Source of the DNA: Lingula anatina
Lineage: Eukaryota; Animalia; Brachiopoda
Length of the DNA stretch: 64,000 nucleotides
Direction: 5' to 3'
Assembly: GCA_051362555.1 (NCBI GenBank)
Contig: CM120646.1
Span: forward strand, 11,842,001-11,906,000
The notes under the pieces were generated by a model that was given only the letters and a program-made list of their open reading frames with translations, searched no databases and was not told where the DNA came from. How positions within the stretch are numbered: position 1 is the first letter of the stretch; every line of letters starts with the position of its first letter. The translations under genes were made by a program, and so were the position numbers. Positions 14,001 through 26,539 of this stretch are shown in pieces.

Positions 14001-17000
14001 AAACATTACTTTAATATTTTAAGGTATTGTTATCCGGATATCCACGGCGATGCTATACAAAACAGGAAATTTTATATTCAAGTACCCTACATTTATGGGT
14101 TGAAGAACAAAGTCAGTTGCCGTAAAGGAAAACCGAAAGAAAAGTTTTACTTCTTTCCGTCAAATTGTCAGTGAACGAGCAAACGCTAAACCGTTCACGC
14201 CCGTCATAATTAATATATTTGTCATTGGTCTCCGACTTAATAACACTCCTCGAGCAAACAGCACTTGGATAGGCGAGAACAAATATGATAAGCAATAAGC
14301 GTTGATATTTTATTTTCGACATTAGACAGCCCCTGCAGATGAATCACTTCCACGTGTAAGTGTGACCGAAAAGTGTCATCTTAAATGAAACACAATTAGA
14401 ATTATTGATATCAGAAGAAGAGATTAATATACACGTCCTCATCTAACTTAATAAAAACAAGTAGTGTCAACAAACCGAACCACAGTGTAATGTCTTTATA
14501 CCTACATGTTAATAAATAACCATTTTCATACAAAAGTGATAAGAGTAAGACAATTTAAACCAATCTCTAGTAGTTACTGATTTATTGACAGAATGACGTT
14601 CGAACTCTTCAAACTGTTTCTTACATAAGTTAAGCCGTGTGCCCACCCTTCTACTTTTCAATAATAAAAAAGCGTTGTCTTAAACTTTGTGCTCAGTAGA
14701 AGGTGTTTATTGAAAAGTGTTTTTGCGCATCAGAAGGGAAAAAGCACCAAGTGAAAGTTTTAGAATTTATTTTTAAAAAATGATACTCTCGGGTGAGCGA
14801 GAGAGATCAAGAGAGAGATAGAGGAAAAGACAGAGCAAAGGAGAGAGATAAAGAGAGAGATGCAAACAATAAGTAAACTATAACCCTTTCCTCTAAAACT
14901 TACCTGTAGGAATTATGGAGTAGACGAAACTCCCGGCCCAAATGAACCCCACTGCCGCGGTCTTGAATTCCGGGGTGGTGGCGTGATTGGGGATGCACGT
15001 GCCCGAGGGGGTGAGAGTATCGGCAACCCAAACTGAAATATAAGATGCACTGCAAGAATACATAAAATCAACACTTTGATTTGTTTTAATTTCACAAATT
15101 GAAAACTCAAAACCCCCATCTGATTTTCTCCTTGCGTGGTCATTTAAGATAGGGGCTTATAGTAAAAATGTTTTACGCGGTTGTCAGAATACAAAATGTG
15201 AAGGTCTGGTGAAAATACCACGGCGGAGGAGATACTATTGTTATTGTGTAATGGGTAATGATCCCGCGCAATGAATTTTGCTCGGTTTGTAGAAATTCAC
15301 GATGAAAAACTCAGTAGGCGTATTCAATATGGGCTATTTTTTCCACCGAGTCAAACAGCCAAGTATAATAGCAACACTAATAAAAAATAATCAGCAAACC
15401 AATCAATAAGAATAAAAGTCGCAAGGGCATCTTTGTGTTAATGAAAAGCTGCCATAGTCTTTAATAACAACTCACACAGTGGTGCGAAAATGTAAATGAG
15501 GTTAGATATAATGAATGTTGTGTAAATGTTGTGTAAAAGTATGTTTGTAGGCTGGTTTGTGTTTGTACGTGGGCGAGGAGAGAAATCGACAAAAGTGCCA
15601 CCTTGCGATGTCAGACTCGGAGTCTTATCAGAAATATGCAATAAGGCACAGAGGTCCATGGTAAGTGTGTAAAGCGGACAAAGAAGGTCGATCGAATCAC
15701 TGCAATTCAGCATAATATTATAAATAAGCCCTCATTTTACCTTTAAATGGATTTGAATTATTATCGTCATTAATAATTTGTAATTCGACTGGGTATGGGT
15801 TGCAAAAGTACATCTTTAACGTGCATAGATAGTTTGTCTTTCAAATGGATATGAATTGCACGCAAAAAATTATTATTAATCGAATTAAGAGAGAGGATAG
15901 CTTACACCCAAAATTTTAGTTTAAATAGTAATTTACATTCTTGAGCAAACCTTTTTGTCTAGTTTTACGGATTAGACTGAATATGAATGAAATTTGGGCA
16001 ACGTGGAATTTGAGCTGTGATAATAGACTCCCCCTTTTCTATATCGTGAATCCTAGAATATCAAAATATTTAATTCATTTTAGCTTCAATGCGTAAACTA
16101 ACATTTACGGTTGGAGATGTATTCGAAAAACATAATCTAGTATATAAACAGAAAATGCTGAAGCGCAAGTGCCTCTGAAAGTTGTGAAAATTTAAAAGAA
16201 ATATCAAAACGTACCCCAGGCAAAGTTGAATGCTCCAATACAAATGTAGTCTAGAGCAAGAGCAATCCGAGCGTTCCGTTTGGTACATAAGGTCCTCACT
16301 TTCAGAGGAAACCATACCGCAATAAATCTGAAATTAAAAATAACTAGAGTAGTTGTAGATATTCTCCACTCTTTTCGAAATCGTGCATTATCTCCCAATT
16401 TTTAAGGCTAAAACTCTCGAGATTTATTAAGGGGTTCGGGTATTTTAACATTATCTTTCTAAAGAAAATCTGTTTTATTATCATGACATCATTACCATTC
16501 ACGTAACAATTGTTAGCTATTTTAAATGCCTCTCTTAAAATAACCTTCAAAAATCACCTTTCAATGGCAACAATGACGACAAACCAAGACGACGTCATCT
16601 TTGCCATGCGCCAGAACCAGTAGAATATTTTACAGCTGTAGAGAGAGAAGGAGCGCACGTCTACACCTATCATCTGCTGAAACCATTTCTTGTTGAACGG
16701 CGCCATGACCACCAAAAGCGAGTCGGAAACAGACAGGGCAATGAGAAGCGTGCTGATGGTCATTTTCTGAAACTGCTTGCCGCTCATGATCAGAATGGTG
16801 AAGGTGTTCCCGGTGAGGCCCGTTATCAGAAAAAAAGGAACGGCAACGTAGCCGACATAATCAATCTTGCCAAGGGATGGCGATGGAGAGGACGAGTTGG
16901 TGGCGCCAGTTGAAGCGTTAAGAGCGTTCACATGGACAATGGTGTCGTCATCATCATCATCATCATTATTACCATCAGCATCAACATCGTTCTTTGGCAC

Positions 17001-19663
17001 GGTGGAATTTTGTAAGTCGTCTGCGGCAGTAGGGGCAGGCGAAGGCATGGCCGAGGTAGACTGTAATGACTCTCCAGTAGTGATTGCCCAAAGCAAAGTG
17101 GAGTTCCCATGACCGACGCGAAAATCGTTAAGTCTTTCATCTGGTAGTGTTGAACCTGGATGGGAATCCCCATTTACATAAGGCAGTAAGACCACGAGTA
17201 GCTGGCACAGCGAGACGGCCAAGGAATAGCGTAGTGATAATGGCATGCCTGTGTTTTATCTGTAACGAAATGTAATGTCATAGAATATGATTCTCATAAT
17301 TCAAAATAAAAATCTGAACCCCCACTTGTGGGTCCACGATCGTGCCACAGGGATGATAACACGAGATAAACATTCCTCCCAATAAATGAGAGCCATGTAA
17401 AATGTACAACATTGGAGTACCACTACCCTGTCTTAAAAAAAGCATTAAAAATAATGTTAAATAGGTTGTGGGCTGTTTTAGGAAGGGATGCGGCTGATAT
17501 GCAAAAGCTACAAAAAAATTAACGATACATGTATGTGACATATGGGTATACAGTGTATATTAGTGAAAGATTCTGGCTAAGGATAAAACGAAATTTATCA
17601 GCCTCGCTTTTTGCCTGTTATGTAAACTATTACAGCAGAAGCATTTTGCCTGCACGTTAATACAGCGAAAAAAAGAGGACAATTTTATCATAATATGTAG
17701 AGTACAAGAAGGGCAAGTTGTTTGGCTTTTTTGTCAAATAAAGCGAGATTATAAAATGAATATAACAAAATGACATGAAATGAAAGTTGGCGAAATAAGG
17801 GGGTGGCTTACAGTCAATTGCCTTTAACAGAAATATGTCCTGTTTAAAACATTTAACTGAATATGTTGAAATTGTTCAATATGTTGAATTTAAAAAACCA
17901 AAGCTGTTGCTGAAAATGTTTATGACTAAAATAGCAACAAAAGGACTGCTGTCGATACAACCAAATCTATCAAAGTGCTGCTTTTGAATGCTCGCGAAGA
18001 TAACAGATAACGTTGCCTTTTCAGAGAAAAAAAGGAAAAATTGTCCTCATGGTCGTTTTAAGCGTATTTACCGGTGTTGCAGGAATAGTAGTCTTCGAAG
18101 AACCGCAGACCGTTCCAATTACTTTGTACAGGTGTCATTCGTTTCATATACTAGCCTCAATACTCCAACTAACCCGAACCTGTATTATTCATATAATGGA
18201 TTTCCATTCCTGGGACTACCACTCCTGACAACGGAACAGTTTCATCTACTTTGATTTTATGGTTATCATTACATGTACACAGACCAAAACGAGACGATAA
18301 AAGATAAGTTACAGAACATATAGACCTTCCAATGAGTAAGCGAAATAAAAAGGCGCTCTTACCTGAAATAAATTCCGCCAATTCCCAAGCCAGCCGCTAA
18401 AGGTTTCTTTGAAAACTCCCTGGTCCTTTCCACAGACGCTTTCTCAATCGTTATACCAATTGCCAGCGCTTTGTCCGATTAAAGTCTGGACAAAGTTGAT
18501 CCCTCCCTTTGTATTTATAATGTACGGTGAAAGGTGAACGCGATCCGATTGGGTAATAATCCGTACCAGAGGTAGTTTCTATCTGTCTCCTCGCAATTTA
18601 TTTTTTCGCGAAAGAAATCAACAGTCACACGTATGGTACATAATTCCGCTCTTATTATTCTTGAAGACCCTGTGAAATTAATAAGTCGATTCGGTAACAA
18701 TTTTTTAGCAATTTTAGCAATTTGCGATCATTGTTTCGCATAAGTGTTTTCTGGTCAATTGTCAGCAGTTTGACAATAAGGTATCAGAGGGTCCTCCTAA
18801 AAGGCGTTTCATAATCTATAAAACAATTGAGCTAAGTAAACAAATATTTTTGACCCGAATGGAAGTTCATGAACTCGTTTCACTTGCCAGAAGAATGAAA
18901 AGCGACGTTACGTGGAGTGCAGGCTCGTTTCAACTATAGAAAAACAAAGAAGTGAAAATAATAACCCCATATCAAATTCGTTTTGGCTGTGTGAACTGTG
19001 CGTGTTTACACAGCGACATGTTTCTTGACTTGCCGTTTCTGTCAGTTTTAGAATGTTTGTTTGTTTTAAGTAATCAAACGCGTGGCCCGCTCGTCTTCCA
19101 CATATTGCCAAGCGGCTCACGGTCTCTGTGCATGGCTGGGTTATATACACCATGACCATGTTCTAAAATCTTATCTTTTCTCCGTCACAACTGTGCATGG
19201 TGTTGTTTGTTGCCACCGTCGGGGACGTCATTCATTCTTGTTTTAAATCAAAATGGGTACGGAAGCCATGAGCTTCAAAGCATTGACAATGGCTCTCCTT
19301 GACTCAGTTTCACCTCTCGGTGCCGGTGTATAGCGAACCTAAGGGTTCGTGTAACAGAAAATTCGCCCTCCATTTAGTTATAATGGTTAGGGTTAGCCTA
19401 ACCTAAAGTGGGTCATCTAGGGCGAGGCTTACCTGTACAAATGAATGGGAAGCGTACTCTTTGTCATGGGGGACTCTCTACTACGTTACACCGGCAAGAG
19501 CTCTTTATCTTTTTGCCAATACTTTTTGTCAGCGTTTCAACAACGAAGCAATGTAGCAGAAAAAAAACAGATTTCATGAGGAGGCCGTGGAGGTTTGGTG
19601 CGCATATAGCTATATATAGAATGCTTGTTTTTTAAACACAACCCTCCAACTTGTTAGCAGTAT
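11090..19663. repeat. Segmental duplication unit B containing GPCR copy B
   Basis: Collinear with 1-8575 at an offset of ~11.1 kb, with indels. Confidence 0.9.
12581..17246 (-). CDS. Class A GPCR, FMRFamide/peptide-receptor-like family, copy B, 533 aa
   Basis: Coding exons 17246-16558, 16327-16215, 15032-14904, 13858-13652, 13044-12581 (1602 nt). Same intron positions and 7TM motifs as copy A. A likely non-coding exon donor lies at ~18362. Confidence 0.92.
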
Positions 19664-21320
19664 TTCCGACAATCAATCGACACATTTTGATTTTACAGAC
19701 TAACAAGCGCGGATCGACTTATTATTATATATCTTATGTCACGTAAGGGTGCTGGTTAATTGATTAAATTTTCGTCCATCGCGTTTCGTCTCTCTTTCAT
19801 TCTTCAATCTACCCTGGCCAGCCGTATCTACAACTTTTGCGAACAGTGAGCTTATAGGTGACCCGATTTTGTTTAGCTATCACATACTTTATATCTAACA
19901 CTTCAATCATGGTGACTACACGGGAGCTAATCACCTCACAATTTAATGGACCTTTATTGAATTGTCAATCTGTATGGTTACATACTTCTCGTTTTTCTGT
20001 GCCAAGGTCTTCGTTGAATTGACGGGAAGTCTAAATTGGCATATTGCAACGTAATGTCTCGGGGTAATTTGTACTCATTTCAGTGTTCTCGATTTCAGAC
20101 ATTGAATATGTATGTACAAGTGATTGAGTCTACCTTCACAACGTCAACTTAATTAAAGCCCAGTGTGCTTTCCCCAAAAGAACATGGTGTTCTTCCGTTG
20201 CAAAACCGATCCTGATAATTGGGTCCCTTGTGGACTAATCAAATTGGACTAATCTAATGGCAACTTTACATTAAAAAATAAGCAATGGAAAGGCCATATG
20301 TTTAATTGATAGCTGATTTATTTTACTTAGCTATTTTGTAAACAGTGTTTTTGGTTTCGATGAGGCCGAACGCTAGACTACACACTTTAGAATGTGCTTT
20401 AAATTGAAATTAAAATTATATTATTTATTCGTCTCTGAAAGCATTACAGAAAAGAGGCCCACTTAAACAAGACTCAATAACTTACACTGAAAGAGACAGT
20501 GTTCTCATTGGTAATGGTGGCGACAAAAAAACATAAACATATATTTTGTTTTCTTTTAGTTTTCTTTTATTTAGCGACTAAAATTGATACTTATCATGAC
20601 AGAGTCAAATAGAAATAAGAGGTCCTGCATGTAATACATTGGTAAAAAATGATACTTTACAATTCGTACAATTAATCATTTTGAAGTCTGTGTTGGAGGA
20701 TGTCAGCCAGTCCGCTAGTCTATAACATTACATTGAGTACATCGTGGTCCATCAGCCACACTGAAATATAGGCCTACTAGAGATGAAGTTGTGTAGTTTG
20801 GTCTTAAACTGAAATAGGCCTACAGAACACAGAGCTGTACATTGCTAACATTTCCCCGGACAAAACATTAAACAATGGGCCTTGCACTGCAAATGAGTAT
20901 CCTCTTAGTTTCTGCATTGCTAGCTTTGAGTGAATTATAGCAGCTGAGATTTCACATTCTCAGCTTCAGATTCCGGGAAAAGTGCAGTTCCACAAGGACG
21001 AAGAACTAAATTTTGCATCGAAAAAAAATCGATATATCCAAAAAATAATCTATTTTTACGTGACTTCATAACCGCATCATTGTCATCAGGTCGGAAATTA
21101 TTTCCCTATTTCCCTGGTTATTATACTAATTGTAATTCCCCAGTGCCTCATTAAATTGATCATCCTGGATAAATTATACTGTTTATTTATTTGAAGAAAC
21201 GACCCGTAACAAAATTTACCCTTAATTTAATTTTGAAGGAAATTAGCAGGTCCCGTGCAAATAAAAGGACGACTTTGTGATCTAGGAACTGAATCATTTC
21301 GTTCTGGAAATTAGACGAAG

Positions 21321-21499
21321 ATGCTTGTGCTTGTGGCGTTGCTTTGTTCTCTGGTGAGTGAAGCTCATCTTAAAATATAATGGTGGTTTAGCCTTCGTGT
21401 ACCATGTATTCGTGAAAATGCGTAGTAGTCGGATGGATACATAAGGTTTTTACAATGGGAAAGGGTAAAAATATGCCACCAAAACAATTACCGGTTGGT

Positions 21500-21555
<56 letters not shown>

Positions 21556-22312
21556 AACACACATACACACACATACTTTTAAACGCACACGCGGACACGT
21601 TTGACACAATTGATATAACATTGTTGTCATCAACTTTGTTTTTCCTACAGGTTCTGGTTAAGGCCACTCTTGGTCCCGGTCATGACGGCGAAATGGGACA
21701 TATGCCTCCTTGTCCAATAGGAATGCCAGGAGCACCGATGCCCTGTGAAATGGTAGGACAATGTACATGTAGGGGAAGAGCGTCCATGGGGGGTGTGGGT
21801 AGTGGAGAGTGTGGTATTTTCAACGATATTTCTCTCGCAATGGAGTAGATAATTGGTATTAGAGGTAATTTTTCTTCCGTGTCTTAAACAAGCAAAAAGA
21901 AAACGAAAAAGAAAAGACAGGGACCTACTGTCACACGTACTGGGGGGAGGGGGGTATTACAAGGTGTCCTTACATTTGCGCCAATACTAGGGGAGACCGG
22001 GGCTAGTTGAACGGCCATTTTACAAAATGATGTGATCAATTCTTTTATCCCATAGTTACTTTGTCATAAATTGATGGGGGGCAACTTACCCCGGGGTCCA
22101 ACTAGCCCCGGTCTCCCCTATATGTACAACGTCCAATATCATCGATACATACATTCTAGGTACTGGCACGACAGTGTCCTAGCGGTTCCCATTGTGAGCC
22201 GAGGGAGATATACACCATTCCTCGCTGCAGGTGGCGACCCTGGTGTTCCTGTGGCCCGGCAGGTCCTCCGGCACCTCAGCCAGAATGCGTGCCAGACGAA
22301 CCCACTGATTAG
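21321..22312 (+). CDS. Small secreted Pro/Cys-rich peptide precursor 1 (95 aa), family not recognised
   Basis: Exons 21321-21353, 21651-21752, 22160-22312 with two phase-0 GT-AG introns. Translation: MLVLVALLCSL|VLVKATLGPGHDGEMGHMPPCPIGMPGAPMPCEM|VLARQCPSGSHCEPREIYTIPRCRWRPWCSCGPAGPPAPQPECVPDEPTD*. Hydrophobic signal peptide; 8 Cys in the mature part. Confidence 0.8.
21500..21554. repeat. (CT)n microsatellite in an intron
   Basis: Seen directly. Confidence 0.95.
21988..22120. mobile_element. MITE (133 bp) in intron 2 of peptide gene 1
   Basis: Perfect 22-bp terminal inverted repeat taggggagaccggggctagttg ... caactagccccggtctccccta, ending in TA on both sides. Confidence 0.85.
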
Positions 22313-22627
22313 ACAGTGGCGACATCTATAGTGAAAACCCACAGCCTAAACCCGCCTGCGTAGTTCATGTGTGGGGAATTGTGCATTTTAACTAAATTTG
22401 CGAATTTTGTTTAAAAGTTGCTTTTTATTGCTTTATACGATTTCTGTTTACTGTCAAAATTTGTATAGATTTTTACTCTAATATGTAGGGTACAGGGACA
22501 GAGATCTCTTTGTTTTCTTTCGGTTCCTTAATTACACAGATTGATCAATTGATTTGTCGGTTTGTTGGTTGGGGGAAATTAATGAGGTACCTCTGAAGCT
22601 GGGTAACTTGTAATCAGTAATATGATG

Positions 22628-22795
22628 CAGGGGCGGATTGAGACCGTCTTCTGGGTCTTCCGGAGACGGTCAGATTTTAAAGTTTACATTGACAAGTATC
22701 TATTTTTTTTCTGTTGGAAGACGGTCAGAAATGGAGGATGGAGCAACAAAATTAATTTGAAAGACTGTTAGAAAATATCACTGGATCCGCCCCTG
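22628..22795. mobile_element. Non-autonomous TIR element (CAGGGGCGGAT termini)
   Basis: TIR caggggcggat ... atccgcccctg flanked by the direct repeat atgatg. A degenerate inverted copy lies at ~27920-28080. Confidence 0.8.
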
Positions 22796-23606
22796 ATGAT
22801 GTTAATTGTTATTCTAAATATGTCACGGTATTTTGCCGCCCCTCTATATATCTGCCATTGAGATTATCAGATGAGGCAAATGTGAAAGATCATGATGTGT
22901 CAGTTCAGTTAACCACAGCGCCACAGTGGTTAAGGTACCATAAAACTTGTCTTTCCGACTGTCTGCTTTATGTATATCGTTTGTAGAGACATTCGTCAAT
23001 CAAACATCTCAGTTTCCTGGCATAATATACCCTGGAGTTAGGGAGGGCCTTTTGTTTAGGCCCCAATGAACGTCGCTTCAGCTAACAGTAGACAAACGCC
23101 TGAAACACGCTCTGAAGTTCAGGGTATAATAATAATAATAATTAGTCTTGAGACCTTCAGTTTATTTGAAATTACATCATAAAATCGATTTTTGTTTTTG
23201 CACATTGCTAAAATTGTGAGGGTAATCTGCGTGAAATTTGTCCCATATCCGAGATAATAACAAAGATATTATTTATTCTCATCACCGAATTAAAAGCAAG
23301 TCGAATATAATATGAAAGGTTATGTCATTGAGGGTTAGATAACATAACTGCAGTCTGAATAAATAACATTGTGTGTATAAGCGGTTTCTAATATTTGCCA
23401 CGTGCTTTTTTATTCCGTGGTGTAATTTGAATGCATTTTTGTTTTACACCCTGTGCGCCTGCGCAATACCGTCGAATTACAGAACACTGCGTACATGTAT
23501 ACTGAACACAGCGCTGCCTCTGTTGTTTACTCTTTGAAATATGCATTTATGTGTCCTAGGATCATGCTCTTAATACCTACTGTGTACAGCACAAACAAAA
23601 AAGAAA

Positions 23607-23610
<4 letters not shown>

Positions 23611-23644
<34 letters not shown>

Positions 23645-23661
23645 GAGAGAGAGAGAGAGAG
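23611..23661. repeat. (GA)n microsatellite upstream of the Ly6-like gene
   Basis: Seen directly. Confidence 0.95.
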
Positions 23662-23859
23662 GTTGCCAGGAACTAAAAGAGTAACTGCTGCTAAAACGCT
23701 GTTCTTTACGGCATCTAATTTGTGGGCTGAATGATTTAAATACCATTTCACTATCAGTCCATTTGGACCTGCTCTACACCCGTGGAAAATCAGGTCAGCC
23801 TACTGGAAGCTACCACCAGTAAATGTTTTACAAGTTTCATACGTCTTTTAAAGTGCAAG

Positions 23860-26508
23860 ATGGATGTGAATTGTGTATGGACTGTTGTCGGGGTGATCCT
23901 TCTAGCACAAGCTGGTAAGTGTAATTAGATATATTAAGGGATATTTGTATAATCATAAACGTTTACCGGTTGAAAGTTTATACGTAAAAATAGTATTAAA
24001 AGTTATGGTTAAAAACGAAACCTTTGACTTCTCTTTACGCTCAAACCATTAGGTCTAACGTTTGTAATCCCTGGCCCGTTTGAAATTAATTTCAAATATA
24101 TGTACTTTTCTCAACACGCAACAACCCTTTATACGACCCTAAATACGACTTCGCTGGTAGCCTAAATACTACCGATTAACATTTTATCTATAAGACATCT
24201 TTATTAAAAGCGTTTATGTCCTTGTCCCAGAAGGGCACCCGGTCCTTACAGAGCCATTTTCGTGGATCTGTGCCATTCTGTGTTCGTATATTGTACTTTG
24301 AGAGTGTATTTTATACGGTTCATAACAGAATATTCCCAAATGATGACAAACACACTTGCATTTATATTAAACTTGAAGAAATACTACCGAACACGTTTCG
24401 TTCCCGGCCCAGGTAAGGCGACTTTTCCCTGGCTGTGATCCCACACTGTTTGCTTTGATCTCATTGCCAAGTGATGACGACCATTCTGTTTCTCATATTC
24501 ATGTAACCTCTACTTCTTTTGCCTGACTAAATTAGTACAAACGATGGATAAAGCAGATATATGGCCATCGACCTCCCGATCCCATCCTCCCGGTAACCTG
24601 TCTTAGCCCCAACTCTTCCTCTTCATCCCACAGGCACCAGCTGGTTCAGCGTGGAAAATTGGAGTCGCATCCAAGTAGATTTAAACCGACTAAGTTCTAA
24701 AACATTTCCCCAGCTGAACACAAAACCTCATCATTTTAATTTAATCTGATGTGAAATCGTATTCTTATTTATCTATTATACACTGGGGGAATGCGAGAGA
24801 TTCAACTCTGGATTGCCAGCTTCGACTTCGGACGCAAGTACGGATGAAACGGTTATTCTTCAAAACCGGTGTGAACTCGACCTGAAACGCCAGTAATTAC
24901 ATTTTAAAAGAAGCTCAGCGAAACGCAACCTAGCTTTCTCTAATTCCACTTAAATAACTGCCAGGAGGTCTTCTTTAATTGTGCAGATTTATGAACTAGT
25001 CAAGCGTTCATGACAGGTGTTGTTTTAGTGCCAAGCCAGCAGGGGATAGGGAATGCTACATAAAACTGCCTCCATCCAAAAGAAATTGAAATACTAAAGA
25101 AGATACATGCATTTCTTATGGAATTATAGGCTTTGAAGTTACCTAATTGAATCTCAGTTGTTTGATTCGCAGGGACGCGTACATTGGGGGGTGTGGGGGA
25201 GGGGGAGCGTGAAACTCCAGGAAAACTTTTTAGGAAAATAGCGTCCCAGACGACAGTTTGTGATTTACAATATTTTGTCAATACAATACAATAAATACAA
25301 TAAATTTTATTTCATGTCGGGTATAAATTAAAAGGAAACATTAGCTTTGCAACTATTTACCACACCGAAATCGCAAGTAGCGTATTATGTATATTTTTAG
25401 TCATTTTCTTTCCAAGAGATAGAGTTTCCTTTAATTGCCAAATGACTTCTCCCACAACGACAGCAGGTTTTTCTCTTATCATGTTATTAATTCATCTTGA
25501 TAATGAAAGGAATACATGTAACTAAAAAGAGACCTGTGATGGCTGAATTGATAGTGGTCTTATGGGAGATCGTATGTTGATTCGTTCCTCCCAGTGCATC
25601 AGAGGCCCATAGGTAAATAAGTGATCCTGCTGTTAAATTGGTCTGCGCGGAATGTTATCAGACGTGTACAGCGCGCGGTTCACTGCCCATTTTCTGGAAA
25701 AAAATTAAGGTGTAATCAAGCGATTAGAATTCGGTGTTGTTTTTCTGGCAAGCTCCGGGGAAATAGACGCTTTTCATTAACAAATGTATTTTGTGCTGGT
25801 ACACAAGCTTAAGATACTGAATTCCGAAATGAGAAATTTCAAAGAGAGTGATGTAAACAAAATTTTGTTAATTTGGGTTCTGTTAGTCATAAAGAACACA
25901 GTTGAAATCTTTCTTTTCTTTTCTTGTTTTGTTGTTGTAGAAAAACTGTAGTTAAAGCTATGTATGATATATCATACACGCAGCATGGCTAAATATAAGA
26001 ACTCTTGCAGCACCATATTTATGTAGTATTTTCAGCCATAGAAAACTTTTCTTTGAGTAAAGTCACCGTAGGACAATGCATTCAGTAAGTTCACAAATAC
26101 ATGTTTGAGATTTAAAAGTTAAAGATGCATACAAAGTCAATTTTTTGTCACAAAAACCACCCAAATGCCAGCATATAGTTTCAAGTAGTATAACTAAGAG
26201 AATTACCAAAGGCATTGTTTAATTTTACCCGAAAATGATGTTTGAACAGATTTTTCTGCTGGCATTCTAAGCTGTATGTCAATGGGGCAGGAAAGTAGGT
26301 CACGGAAGCAGGTTAAATTTACAACCATAAATTTAAAGAAAGGAGCAGTCTAGAGGTCTTTTATGGCTGATCGAGTGATCTATTCAGTGTATCCCTTGGC
26401 ATGTCAAATTTATTTGAGTCATGTAAGAATCTAGTAGAAGTGTTACTGGGAATCCACGCTCCACCGATGCTCGGTTCGTATGTACCTTTAAGGCAACGAC
26501 GAACCCCC

Positions 26509-26539
<31 letters not shown>

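Noticed and set aside
22071-22331. 86-aa plus-strand ORF
   Set aside because: Starts inside a MITE and is out of frame with the splice-consistent exon 3 (22160-22312).
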